The notes beneath the pieces were generated by a model. The model was not told the DNA's origin. It did no database searches and was given only the letters and a program-made list of their open reading frames with translations. Both the position numbers and the translations under genes were made by a program. From the NCBI GenBank assembly GCA_002633005.1, contig NMRA01000146.1:147640-211639 (forward strand): 64,000 nt of DNA. Direction: 5' to 3'. The DNA comes from Phoronis australis (lineage: Eukaryota; Animalia; Phoronida). Shown here piece after piece: positions 28,183 to 41,535 of this stretch; the first letter of the stretch is position 1, and every line of letters starts with the position of its first letter.

Positions 28183-28776
28183 TTAAAGGCGAATGCCACC
28201 CGATTTAATTAGTCTTTTTTGCCGTCTTAATCGGTCTATTTCCACATCGCCTCGCGTACGATCGACCTTACCTTGCCAAGAGGTGTCGCGTTAACCTGTG
28301 AGGAAGGTGAGAAACGACGCTAGCGACGTCAGTGGTTCATATGCAGAGTGAATGCCGCTATGTTGCGGTGTATCGTTCCCGCTTGTCCGAACTAAGCAGC
28401 CGCGAGGAAAGCGAGTATATCGTTTTTTTTACTTCCTCGAGAGTCCGAAATGCTTAGGAAGTGGCTCATGGTAGTGAAGAATGAAATGTACGCTGTAAAT
28501 AGCAAGTATGAGGCCGTGAAACATCTCCGTGTCTGTGGCCTGCAGACGACGTCNNNNNNNNNNNNNNNNNNNNNNNNNNNNNNNNGACACCAGTAACCTG
28601 TGTTGTGAACTGCTGAACAGAATGCGTGTGAAACCGATGACGTAATTGGATAATTTCAACACCTCCGTCTGCCGTCAGGTGTCAGGTAACGCAACCGCAC
28701 GTGTCGTTATGGAGTAGAACTACTCTATCTAAATTGATACAAATTAGGTTGTTTTTTGGGTGGCATGCTCCTTTAA
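28183..28776 (+). mobile_element. Kolobok-like family A copy 3 (spans an assembly gap)
   Basis: TTAA|AGGCGAATGCCACCCG ... TGGGTGGCATGCTCCT|TTAA with both TTAA intact. Matches both ends of copy 1. N-run at 28554-28585. Confidence 0.85.
28554..28585. other. Assembly gap (32 N); single Ns also at 26320 and 50610
   Basis: Direct reading. Confidence 0.98.
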
Positions 28777-31700
28777 CATAAACTCTATGCGACAGGCTAT
28801 CGGCAAACTGTGTAGTTATGTCCCCTCACTTATAAATTCCTGATTATAGTCTGTTCTTGTTCTTGTGTATTTCTTATGGAGGGCTGCTGGCAAGATTTAG
28901 CGCATGCGCAATGGTGCATGTTACAAATTTCTGGCGTTGTGGACGCTAGGTCACACGAATGTCAAAGCGCTGGCACTCAAATCCATTCTACATGGGTACC
29001 CAGACCCTAACTGTGCTGCACTCCTTGTTCAAGGCTTAAAATACATGTAGCTTTAGGTTACAATACACGGGCACGAAAAACCACACCACACCACATCACA
29101 CCTACAGTATATCAGTAACTCGGACAAACTCATAAAAGAATGGGAACTGGGCCACATGGCTGGCCCTGTGTCCTACCTGCCCCATTGATGACCGTTGTAT
29201 CTCGCTGCGGGATCTCCTCCCCCAAAGAAGACGGGGATTGCCGCAAGATATCCCACTAAGCGCCGCTGCGTATTGGCGAGGGATTGGTTTGGGTTTGAGG
29301 GATATTGTGGAATCGAAAGAAATCGGCCGTTAGGAAAGCCAGCTGTAGCTAAAAGTACTAAATACTTGAGGTAACTTGTGTCCAGGACAATTGACGACAA
29401 ACGGGAAGGAGTCTACTAGGTATAAAAGTGTGTAATTAGGAAAACTTGTGAACGTAGTGTTGCTTGAGGCTGGGCCAACTGGAAACTGTAGAGAAAGAAC
29501 AAACAGAGCTACCATCGGACGTGGTAGGAACTAACTAGGAGTTGGATATGAAGCATGAAGGGCTGTATAATTTTATTTGCCCAAATAATAGGATTTACCT
29601 TTGTCAGAGTGCCATCAATGTCACTATAAAACCGCGTTCCGTCTGCGCATTAAACTTATGATTTTGACCTCTTACACAAGCTTAATCCTTACTCAGACAG
29701 GAAGTGATTTATAGATTTGCAAGAACTGGAAGCTTGACCGTGTCACATCTACAGTACAACACATTAGAAAACTTATCAAACCATTACATGTCGTTTTAAC
29801 TATTTACCATTCCCATTGTCCTATAAACTACTGTATCACAAAAATCACGATGTTTGTGCTTTACGATTAAAAATTGTCAATAATTTGGACCTACAGCGTT
29901 CTTAACTTCGTGATCCACTTTCGGTGAATCATATACTGAGCCTGTGTTATCCACTCGCTGACGGTCATTTACATGTACCTACAGTGTATTAGCCGTATGG
30001 TTAGGACACTTGCCGGTTTTTATAGCACGTTCGATTCCCAAGGTTGATCTTGGCACACTGCTCACATCAAAGCAAGGCTTGACGAATTGATCGGCCAAGG
30101 AATTCGCAAGCATGGCGTCTTCGATTTTACTTATCTCGTACGCTAGTGTCACTCACAAATTTGTGCCATTTCTCGGCTAGGCCTAAACGAAGCCCCGAAT
30201 TCTCATCTAATTTGAATAAGGAACAATCTAAGAGCAATTTCATAACGGCAGCTGATCTTTTTATATCAAAATTAATGTTGTTTTTTATGATAGAGGGTTT
30301 TATAGCGGTTTTAAGCCACTGACGTGACGACCACGGATTAATTGAATCCACCCATTGACAACACGGTTGCTTAGCAAGGGGGTCAGCTTCGCTTTGTCAA
30401 TAGAATTCAAAGGGAGACTTAAAATTTATCGTAACCTTTGGTGCAAAATTTCTGCTTGGACTCTGTGAAATTTCACACTTTAGATATGTCTCCGCTTCAT
30501 AAGACCACAAACTGTTGCAATTCTCAAATTACTGATCCCATGAAAATGGCTACCGATATAGCTTGTGTCATAGCAATTACGTATGGAAACGAAGACCGAT
30601 AGATAGGAAAGCAAAGAAGCTACCAACCACCCAAACAAACAGTCAAACGAAGATCTAGACGGACAGACGGGCATGTGCACGTGTACATGTGGTACACGTG
30701 ACAGATAGACAAAGAGTGCATACTGGCGGTATAGCAGACCTACAAAAAGTACATGCTATTAATAAGGTAATTAACTTTAAAATTCTCATTAGTGGCATCT
30801 TGTGCATCCTACATGCCAGTCTTAAGTGTCATTATCATTTTGTTTTTACGACTTATGTCATTTCCACATCCTTGTGAGACATGGCATGTTCTGTCAACCT
30901 GTTCATTATTTAATTTAAAACCTCGTCACTCTTGCCTGTCGAGCCGGAGGTATTCTTCGGTCACGATGTAGCATTTTGTACTCTCGTTGTACTGGTACAG
31001 GTGGTGACGTTAATGACCTTCCGGTTAGCTTGAGTGTTTCTCACCTCCTATGGTGGCCATTCAGTGCCACGGGAAGCAAGCCATCCTTCCCCAGGTTTTC
31101 GAAAACTCGTACGAATCGTCGCTGTGCGTAGTGCTTTTTGACGTTATAGCGACAAAGTGTGTAATTTCTGGACATTAAATGTTCGCATTGCAGAGCTAAC
31201 CCAGAACTGCCATCAACTGCGAACAACAATTGCGAGAGTTAGCGATATCCCGCTGCTCCGACTTGTAAAATTAGAAAGCAGCACCTCCGACATGATTATT
31301 AATGACCACCAATTCGTTTTTTAAGCAAGACACTGGCGAGTGAACTTCAGGAGACATCTTGATTATGATGCATGACAATCTTATCCGAGATCTCTCCGAA
31401 AGAACTAGCCTCACCAAACGTTACCCAAGCATGCGTTCCATAGATGCGAGAACCTCGCGGAAACGCAAGATCGCGCAATATATCGCCATGTACCTATCAC
31501 AAACAAAAGCCTGTGATCGCACTAACTTACTTCGCGAGATTCTTCAGTCTTATAGTCATTCACCGGAAACTCCCTCCCTCTTCTGTCAGATGTAACTAAC
31601 TTTTAATTTAGGTTCGCTCACGGTTATAAAACCTGCATCAAACTGTTCGTTAATCGGATTAGAAGAGATTTCTGAGCTTCGCGGAAGAACTGACAATCCG

Positions 31701-31787
31701 TTATCCCTTGATACAGTGCTCGCCATCAAATAACTTTTACTCGCTGAATAATTATTTGAATCCAACTCATTGAACATGGTCTCAAGG

Positions 31788-32152
31788 ATACGAAGAAAAT
31801 TAAATCAATTACTGAGTTACAGATGGAGTTGGCTACGTTGCGTCCTCATCTAGAGATCAAACTTCGGCAGGCCACTGATATGTCATGTGACTCATCATGT
31901 GATCGACAGCACAGTTTTCGCGGGGTACACTTTAGTGCCCTATCCCACGTTTTGGCGGCAGAAACCTCAGGCCCCCTATTCTGTTGCCAACAACGCGAGA
32001 TGGGGCACTAAGGAGTTTACCGCGTAAACTGTGCTGTCGATCCCATGATGAGTCACGTGACATCTCGGTGGCCTGCCGAAGTCCTCGAGATGAGGACGCA
32101 TTGTAGCCAACTCAATCCGCAAGTACAGTGATTGAGTTAAGTTTCCGCGTAT
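31788..32152. repeat. Long imperfect palindrome (~170-bp arms, ~16-nt loop); MITE or hairpin-RNA locus
   Basis: Arm pairs include GAGTTGGCTAC..TGCGTCCTCATCT / AGATGAGGACGCA..GTAGCCAACTC, ACTTCGGCAGGCCAC / GTGGCCTGCCGAAGT and GTGACTCATCATG.GATCGACAGCACAGTTT / AAACTGTGCTGTCGATC.CATGATGAGTCAC. Confidence 0.9.
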
Positions 32153-33399
32153 TATTTACTCAGCTGGATGACTAAAAGTATTCGTCCTATGGTCTCAAGG
32201 AATAGACAAGTGTCAGCTTCTCCCAACTCAGAATTCAGTTTCTAATTTTAGAAACAAGTTGTTGAGACCAGGAATAGAGCTCTAAAATTCCTGGAATTTA
32301 AGTTAATTTTGATTATTTGGGCTTATAACACACGTTATTGAAAGTTACACGAACATGTATTTAAGTTGCTAATGCTGTAGTCACAATACATTGCTTGGCA
32401 ACAGGCACGCGCTCTAGGACTTCCGCCATAATCTTTACAGTGCACTATCTGCGTCCTAATTAACTAAGCCACTGAGTAGTCGAGCAATTACGAGGATATT
32501 TTTGCGCATTCTATGTTCCATTATTGTTGCAGTCAGTAAACACTGAGTTTTAGGCAATTGTTTTAAACAATCGAAATTTGCTAAACGACGTGTTTCTTGT
32601 CATCATTTTCTGAGCAAACAATTACGTCCCTACAATTTGTTTGATCAAGCGGCGATATGTTAAATGATATTTACACGTGTAAACGCAGTAATTCTCATCG
32701 ATGTTGTTGCCACGCAATTTACAGTTACGTCGTTTGTTCTAAATCACCGTCGCAGTTCGGTCATGTATTTATTCAGGAACAAATCTTTTTTAACTTCCAC
32801 GTTGTTTCCACTAATTTTTAAAAGAGTTGTGTGAAAGCAACTCCGTATTACGAAACACCATAAATTTACACTTCCCTCAGTCAGGCTGCCAAAAAGTAGA
32901 AAAACTACAATCAAACTGGGAAACTAGCCCCTTCAAAACGGGTGTCATTGTATTGGCCTTGCATAAAAGTGGTGTCAAAAGTTTTAGGGGTACCTATTCG
33001 AAATTTTTACACTGTCATTGCCCTGAAACATGTGTAACTCGAAATAGCGCGTAAAACGTTACTAACAATTTTTGTCTATAAAGAAAAAAATTAAAATACT
33101 AGTGTACTATACCATGTGTTTTGCTTCTAACTTCAGGGACACTGAATAAAGGAGCTAGTGATTAACAGATATTGCAGTTGTTTTATCATAGTTGTTTTAT
33201 TCTTCTGTGAAAGAGGAGTGATTTAAAAAAACACTACATGTAGTTGAAATGTAAGCCACTAAGTGGTGGGTTCACCGAGGTTGAAGATGGCATCAGTTTG
33301 CAAAGTTATGTGTGCATTTTATTCCATTTGCGGTCTAAAATCTGCAGTCGGAAATGAACAGTCACTAGCTAGTGACTTGAGCCAACCCCCTCCAAAGGG

Positions 33400-34065
33400 T
33401 TGTTTTAACGTAACTGTGAACCTTGTTTACCAGATTGTTCTTATGTGCAAATATCTTCAATTCTGTTCGCTCTAACCCCTACATAGTATATATTTTCTGA
33501 AAAGTGAGTAAATTTCCCAACAAAATTCATTATTGGTATTTACTTGTCCTAATTTTTAATGAGATATGCGTTTTATTAAAAATGTTTTTGACTTTGAAGA
33601 GAAACTTTAAACATATTTTTCCTCCAATCACATTGGCCTTTTGTCAACATGTTAAAAACGGCATTTTTGAGGGAGCAGTGTCTCAGATTTTTGGGGAACA
33701 AAACCTTAAAAACTGATGCCGACTTAGCTCATTATACTCTAAAAGTCGATAATTAAAGAACCAAGACAAATCTCAAAAATCTGAGACAGGTTCCCTCTTA
33801 AATGCCGTTATCAACATGTTGACAAAAGATCAAAATGGTTGGAGGAACAAGATTTTAAAGCCTCTGCTCAAAGTAAAAAAATACTAAGAAACGTATACGT
33901 CGTGAAAAGGTACATGTAACGACAAGTAAATAAAAATATATAACTATTAGGGAATTTGTTCACTCTTCTGAAAATTTATACTGTGTAGGGGTTAGAGCTA
34001 ACAGAATTTAAGATGTAAGCAAAGAACTACAACCTGGTAAACAAAGTTCACAATTACATAAACAC
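33400..34065. mobile_element. Foldback-type element (~290-bp inverted arms, ~80-bp spacer)
   Basis: Arm pairs include GCTCTAACCCCTACATAGTATA / TATACTGTGTAGGGGTTAGAGC, CTTTTGTCAACATGTT / AACATGTTGACAAAAG and TGTCTCAGATTTTTG / CAAAAATCTGAGACA. Confidence 0.85.
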
Positions 34066-35149
34066 GTTTTTTTTTCTGGCTGCCACCCTGAATAACATGT
34101 TTTTGACTAGAAATCGTTTTTATGGAGATGTAGAAATATTTGAGACATCGTGTGTGTATTTGGATCACCTGTTTAATTATTTGCATTCCTCATAGTGAGC
34201 AAAACTAATTCACTCATTTAACGGGGCATGTGACAGACCACTTCCGGGGTGGGGGTCCAATTAGTATGTACACTTACTATGATTAATTGTTATTCATTCG
34301 TCCCATTTCATTTAAGATTGGTGTTAAAATATGAGGTGCGTTTTGGAAATCGTGGTCACTGTACAATTCTTTGACAAAATATTCCCGTTCACTCTCAAAA
34401 TTATGGAACAAGTTAGGAAACAGTCTCGTTAATAGCAAAGCGTGACTAACGGTTTAGGTAAGTTTATCGACGCCGATGGAATGGAACGACCACGACAAAA
34501 TCTTTATTATTTGAGTTTTTTGCTTTAAACTACCAGGATGGGGTTATACAAATATCAGAACTAGTTTTGACAGAGTTAGGGGCCATTATAGCTTCACGTT
34601 ATTTCGAAAGTCTGGTGTCACAAGTAAACATTACGAAGAATTGTGTCTTCTATACAAGATTTGGTCACGTACACTTTGAAAATTTATTCGTTTTTATTCT
34701 GCCTTGCTGTGCCCATTCATATCTATCACCTTAAGTGTTTGTCTAATGTGACGAAATGGAAGTAATTTTCCATCGATTATTCACACAATACGGGAGTAGT
34801 GCTATTATTCCTATCTCATTTAATAGGTTCCACACTCCTTTGTTTAGCTGTTACGGTTTTGAAGATCGATTTCTATCTTCCTGTTGTCATTATAAATGCA
34901 GACATTTTTGTTTAGGATTGATGCGCTGACTTTTGAGAAAGACAGTTGAGTTCCTAGCAGTGCCAAGTGTTTCGTTGGTTCCAATCAGGTAAGTAATTCC
35001 CAGTTGTAATCACGTTTCATTCACGTGTAGAAATGCAATGCTCCATTCAAGACTTTCAGGGGTAGTATTATGTTTGCGTTGCAAAGGGGAAGGCATTGTA
35101 TGCTGTTTGTTAGGGAGAAAAATGAATTGCTATATTGTCGATGGTAGAT

Positions 35150-35270
35150 GGTTCATAGAGGTCATGTTGATGAGGATGATGTTTTGGAATATTGTACCAT
35201 GATGGTGATGAAAATGACGTCGTGATGGTGATAATGGTGGTAATTATGATGAAGAAAATCTCGATGATGC
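35150..35270 (+). repeat. Degenerate (GAT)n microsatellite
   Basis: Dense GAT/GGT/AAT triplets (gatgaggatgatg...gatggtgataatggtggtaattatgatgaag). Confidence 0.6.
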
Positions 35271-35454
35271 GAAAACCAATAAGGGTATAGTTAACTATGA
35301 TGACATGGACAATCCAGGTAGTGATTACCACTGGATGCGTGTTATTAAAAGTCATCCCACTGATAGCCTTTTAATATCGACCAGGTGATTGTTTGGACCA
35401 GTGTATGTAAACCTATGGTATATGACGTCACATGACTCGCATTCAAACAGATAA

Positions 35455-36110
35455 CTTGTACGTTTCAGGTTATCTCCAACCTGATTTAGTGGCCTCTATT
35501 CTAACTCGTATATCAAAAAACTTAGTTTTTCAACTAGTAGAAGTATATATTTTCTGAAAGAAAAAAGATTAGGGAATATGAAAATACATTTGTATTAATG
35601 TACCTTCATTATTTTTACGTAAAAGCCTTTTTTAAGTCAAAACTTTATTTTTAAGAAAGGTACATTCATAGCAAAATAACCCCTTGGTCGATTTTAATGA
35701 AACCTTTTTTAAATGAAAACTTCACAAGTTACAATGTACCTCAAAACGCTGTTAGGAATTTTCGTTTAGTCTTTTCGTTTGGTTTCTATGACAAATCAAC
35801 TCGCAAAACGTATGGTGTCTTTGTAAAAACGGAATTAGTATTCGTCTTTGTTACATTACGCAAAAATAGGCCTTTATATCGAAAATTCTAACACCGTGTT
35901 TGAGACCTATAACTAAATATTAAATGTGGACAACTTCAGCGAAATCCACCGAGCCGTTTTCAAGAACTCCTGTTCCTAAGTTCAAATGAAGTCGATTTGC
36001 CGAAACCGAGAAAAAGCCGGTTAAACTGGGACAAGTGAAAATCTCAAAGTCTTCGGTTAATTATTCGGTGAAAGCTTGTTTTCGGTTCACATAACCTATA
36101 CACGCCTTAA
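35455..36110 (-). mobile_element. Probable TTAA-type DNA transposon relic
   Basis: The right end GGTTCACATAACCTATACACGCCTTAA has a weak inverse at CAGGTTATCTCCAACC (~35466). AT-rich body with the MITE-like motif GAAATCCACCGAGCCGTTTTCAAGAA. Single copy in this window. Confidence 0.35.
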
Positions 36111-39100
36111 ATATGTTCGCTACAAGTTTCAACATTCACTCGCAATGTCAACTGATTTTGCAGTGCATAATTAACTTAAATTATCATTAAAACGTACCAT
36201 TCCCAGCTAACTACTGTTGCTTGCGACCATTTGACCTACTTTTATATGTAAATAGGTCACAGTTCATCGTTGTACACAAAGCCTGTACACGCCACGTGCT
36301 GGGAGACTGATACGAAGCCAAGTAAGAAATACAGTAGATAACAAAAATTCAATCGGTGGTTAAACCATGCCGTTAGCATGAGAACGAAACATTGAAGTGT
36401 CAATTTATTAATTACATGTAAATGAGGGAATTGGAGTGGGGATTTATCTCTTTTCACAATTTGCTGCGTTCATGACCACAGAGGCCTGAGGCGACAGTAG
36501 CATTCGTTCTCGACTCTAACGGTCGTTTCATTTGCATGTAGACACACAACTCCCTTAGGATCAAAACTACGTTTTGTCTTTGTTTTCCCTGCCACCATTG
36601 TACCATAAGTACACCTTGTTTACTCAATGTTGTTGCGATTTTGTGAATGAAAGTATGAAGGGTATAAAATGTATGAAGCTGTCCTGTACCTGGCGGGAGA
36701 TTAGATTTGATTGAAACCCTTTAACCTTTGACCTCGTATAAGCAGTAAACAAATATCCACGCGATTGTGCGGTTCCAAGGTGGTTCTGTTAATTTTATTT
36801 TCTCGCTACGCTGAAATTTTGTATTTGAAGTTCCCCGAGAATAAAGATAAGGCACTTTACTAGACACATGTGAAATATTGGAAAAATGGCCGATTTTTGT
36901 GAATAAGGTTGGAGATAATCTTAATACATACATCGTACATGTAGTTGCATAACGCAGTAACTAATAGGTGACGCTCGTCTCCAAAAGTTTGGAAGTTGAC
37001 TCCAAATGATGTCTGCGCTGATGTAGTTTCAAAATGGCGGTGAATATTTTCTTCTAAGTTAGCAATATACAATGCACAATTTACAGAATAAGCGTATCTT
37101 ATTGGTCGTTTCCTTACAACTGGCACGGAGTCGTAAAGACTTGAAATTGACAATGACACTGAGATGATACATGTTTGAGTCGAAGCGTTCTTAGGCTAGG
37201 AGTCACCATGCTACTGAGGATTAACATATAAGATGGTGAAAACCATGGATATGAAGTGACGTCTTTAAAGTGTCGATTATAAACCTTGCTTTAGTGAGAC
37301 TATACATTATTGGCATTAGCAAACCTTGCTTAGACGCAATGAACGTCAAATTGACGGATTCGATTTCCCACGATACTGCAAATTATGGAAAACGCACTAC
37401 AATACAAGTATTTTGGTGTCATGAATAGCAACAAACCAGTGGTGACGCGCGAAAGGTTGAGTGACAGTTAGCTGTCTGTAATTTGATCTAATTGCATGAC
37501 TGCACTCCATCTTTCCCACCCCAGCAGCATTATCAAGTTGCGTGATCATACTGCGCGCAGAGTTAAGTGTGGCAAACAAACACCATGACGTCAGTGGGTG
37601 TAAGACTAACATCTACATGTATCTTTCCGCCAATTTCACAAGAGATCCACTATTCGCTTTCCTTAGGACTTCTACGATGAACGTTCACGGCAATTGTGAA
37701 TTGCCAGTCTGGCAGACGCCCGACCAAAATGCGATCGACTGTTTTGTGTTTAACTTAAGGGTTTCCCGTGCACTCTAGCAAGTTTTCTAGAAGTGAATGT
37801 TGGTTTCATCTGTGTATGAGTATACCGCTTTGACTTATTACAGTGTAAATTTAAATTTGACGTAAATAACCACCTTCGGTCAGCTATTACCTGCAAGTGC
37901 ATCTTGTTGATAGACACCATGCCTCACCTCGAAACATGTAAGCCGGCAAAGTAAGCTTGCAACTAAGGCGATCCGTGATGGTCACGTGGTTCAACAGCCG
38001 AGGAAGTCGATGGTCATTGATCTCGCAGATTTTGGCGAAGTTAACTAGAGAAAACGCATTCATGCGTAACCTCGAAGAATTTTTACGACAAAGCTCCGAA
38101 TAATTATCGAAGTAGGTTTTTGGTGTAATTCGGTTCAACCTTGGGTGTTTTATTCATACCCCATTGTCACCGATCAAGTCACTTTAATGTGATACGTTTC
38201 ATACACAATGATCGACGAAGATGCTCATCAAGGAAACGTGTCAGCTGGCAACAATGGCCGCCATGTCAAGTGTTAGTGTCTAAAGGCTTACAAAAAGTTT
38301 AAACAATACATATATAAATATATATATATATATAGGTTAAGCTGCTACATGTTCATGTGGCGTATACCAAAGGTCATGAACCGTAGTGTATTGAAACACC
38401 TGGCTGATTCCAGTCATTCAGTTAAACGTTCATGTAAATTATCAATTAATTAAGAAACATTGCTTTGTTATTATTGGTGACATGAGCACGGGATTGTGGT
38501 GGATGGTTTTAGATCATTCTGAACATACACTGGAGATGCAAATATGGAGTTACACCATACAACAATAAATGAATAAAATATATCACGAAACAAAGGGTAG
38601 ATGATTAGTAAATGTAGAAAGACGGTGCATTTATCAACTTCGTTATTTTCGTTGCATAATTTTAATGAATTAAGCATTTCGAATTTGGCAGCATTGTCAT
38701 AGGAAAGTGCAGTGCTCATGTCAACAGAAAATTATTGTTAGACGACAGCTTCATGTACAGATCAAGTCAGCAAACGTACATGTGCGAGACGACCACGTTG
38801 AGCCACTTAAGATTTTTCTCAGGCACATTATTTCTTACCTTTCTAAAAATTACAGTGCTGAAAAAGAACTGATATATTGAAATTGTCTTTTCGATTAGGT
38901 CGCACGTTCTATCTAAGCAGGTGCTACAACCTTCTTCAGAACACAAATACCTGTAGCTCACAACGCGAACGTATGGAATTGACAGAAGTTTAGTAGAATG
39001 CATTTCTGATGTTTTTTATAGACGCATGAGCCTAAACTTGGAAATTAGGTGTATTTTCTCGATTGAGACTGGTGTTTGAAGCAATTTTCCGCAATTGGCC

Positions 39101-41367
39101 CTATGTCTAACGTCTCAATTTCGTCTCTTACGTTCTTTAGCTGACTAAGACCGAATTGGGCCTTTCACTCTCATCACATCAGTCTCACGATCTTCATTAG
39201 TGAGGTAGGATTCCATTTCTTTTACCAACTCAAAGAGGCCTAAGCATTGTGGCCATGCTCCGTTTTCGAGTTCGCAAATTTAGGGTTAGCCAACCTCATC
39301 TAAACTCAGAAACATTTTCCTATTATCTGTTGGTTTCAGTGTTAATGGCAATGAGAATCCACGGTATGGAATATTATGAGACCGATTTTATGAGAGTAAA
39401 CGGCATACTTCGACTTGAGTTTTTGGCCAGGTCAGCAGGGCTAAATGCAGCTTTAACCATGTCCAAAAGTAAGAACAATGCCACGCCGTCACCATGAGAG
39501 GCCTACAGTAGGCCTACCTTCCACTCGGTGTCGATAGTGGGGTAGTTTGGGTCTATACAAGAAATTTGGTACGTGACTCCGTCGCACCTGTCGGATGATG
39601 TAGTGAATTGTTGAGTACACATTCGCGGTGAATATACTAGCTTTATTTTGTGTTTGCTTCCTAGTGAACTTTTTATCAAACACAACTGTATTCTTAGGCC
39701 GGTGAATTTAAATACCCTTGAGCAAGTGGCGGTATTTCCATGAAGAAGTGCACCACTGGCACCACGTAGTCAGCGGGATGAAAATATCAGAACCTTGCTG
39801 GTGTCGCGAAAGGTCGAGAATTAATTTTTTAAATCAGCGTGAAATAAAGACCGGTTGGATGTCGTCTACCGTTTCTCAATGACGTCACAGCTATGGTATT
39901 CGGGGAATGCGCTACAGATGCAATTTCATTGCAATACTCTCCAATAATGGAGTTTTATATAAAGTACTGCTGTGTGTTCTTAAACTCAGACAGGCGCCGG
40001 CGAGCGCAAGTGGATGACATTAAAAACAACTGCCTACGTGTAATTTTCATAACGCTTTAAATGATCTGTCAAGCTGTTACTGCGCTTCTTCGGAAAAAAA
40101 TACGTTTTTATATGACGCCATTTTAATCACGTGCGACTCGTCACGGGGAAAAGTCGAGCTTTTTCGCCCAAGCACTGCACTCCCTGGCAAAACGTGAAAA
40201 TAAAACACACAGCAGTTATGGTGAAACATCCATCTATAATGAACACTGGCAGCTCTTTTAAATGTGGAAAAAACGCCGGTTTAGACGTACTGTGGGTTTG
40301 TGCGAGTGTGCTGAATGTTCACGTTAATATTCTAACTAGGAATCTTGCTGATGTTTGGCCGACTGGCAACCCGTAACGGCAAAACGAGCCACGTGGTTCC
40401 GAAGACCATGCGATGCGACGTATTCAGTGAAACAGGTACTGGTGTGTTGTGTCTACCAGAGAAATGTAATGTGCGTAGCAGAAGTTGAAGGAATCGCAAA
40501 GATTATCGGAATTGCAATGTCAGCGACAATACGACTAAAATACCGTGATGCAAAGATGCCTAGTGAAGGCTTCCGTCACAAGCGTGATGCGTTCACAAAA
40601 CTTTATGCTTTTTCTAAACTCCTGAGTGTGGTTCTTTACCTGTTTATTGCGCAATACGTGCTGTATTACTTGAGTGCAATGGTGGTTCTACAATTTTGCC
40701 AATGCAGGGGGGAGGGGTTACTCACTCGGGTTAGATCAGATTTTTTCCTGAAGAAACGATTTTTTTTTTGTCTGAGAGGTAATTTGTTAGGAGGATTTAT
40801 TATTAAACTGATAAAAGTATAGACCTATGCCAGTGGAATGCAGCTGCACGAATTGTTTTGGTACCCTTTTCACGAACAGAATCCGCAGGGATTTAGTGTT
40901 CATAAGTGCAAATTCCACACCTCATAGTTATTGTGTTGAGGCTGATACTGACCGTTGTAAAGCAAAGCAAAACAAAAACAAAAACAAGTGTGGTTTACAT
41001 TAGCTTGTTGCGATCCAGTTAATTAGACAAAATGGTTAGATTGCGTTGCCTTTTCCTCACCAGCGCAGTCTTTGAGCTCGTTTTAATTAATACACAGCAA
41101 CTGATGCCCCTGTCCTCGCCTAAACGTGATATGGTGTTGATCAGGTAGCCGTGGAAAATCTCTTTTTATTCAAAGTGACATACAATGTATATCGCTTTTC
41201 GTGAGCTAAGCATTCGCCTCTTAAACCTTCACACGATGGCCATACGTACATGGATTTGGTTACCAACAATTTTGTTATGATATTTTAAGTATTTCTTCTT
41301 GACTTCGTGTACCTTTAATCAAGAAAAAACACTAAAAATCAAGTGATAAAGTTTTTATGTGACGTCG

Positions 41368-41535
41368 TCAGTGGATCCAGGCTCCGACATTGTGTTGTTC
41401 TGCACCAGTCCGAATATGTAGTGGTCTTGAAACCTGACTTCGACTGGACATTATAAAATATTGCATGTGAGGAGGATGCAGTAATAGAACAGACAACATT
41501 TCAGTTTTTTGCGTTTCTAAAAACCACAAGATTGC
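41368..41535 (-). pseudogene. Possible decayed F5/8 type C (discoidin) exon, N-terminal half
   Basis: Across frameshifts: FLETQKTEMLS / SITASSSH....YSDWC / AEQHNVGAWIH. This resembles LG+E..KI....ITASS....WCA......WIQ. Confidence 0.35.
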
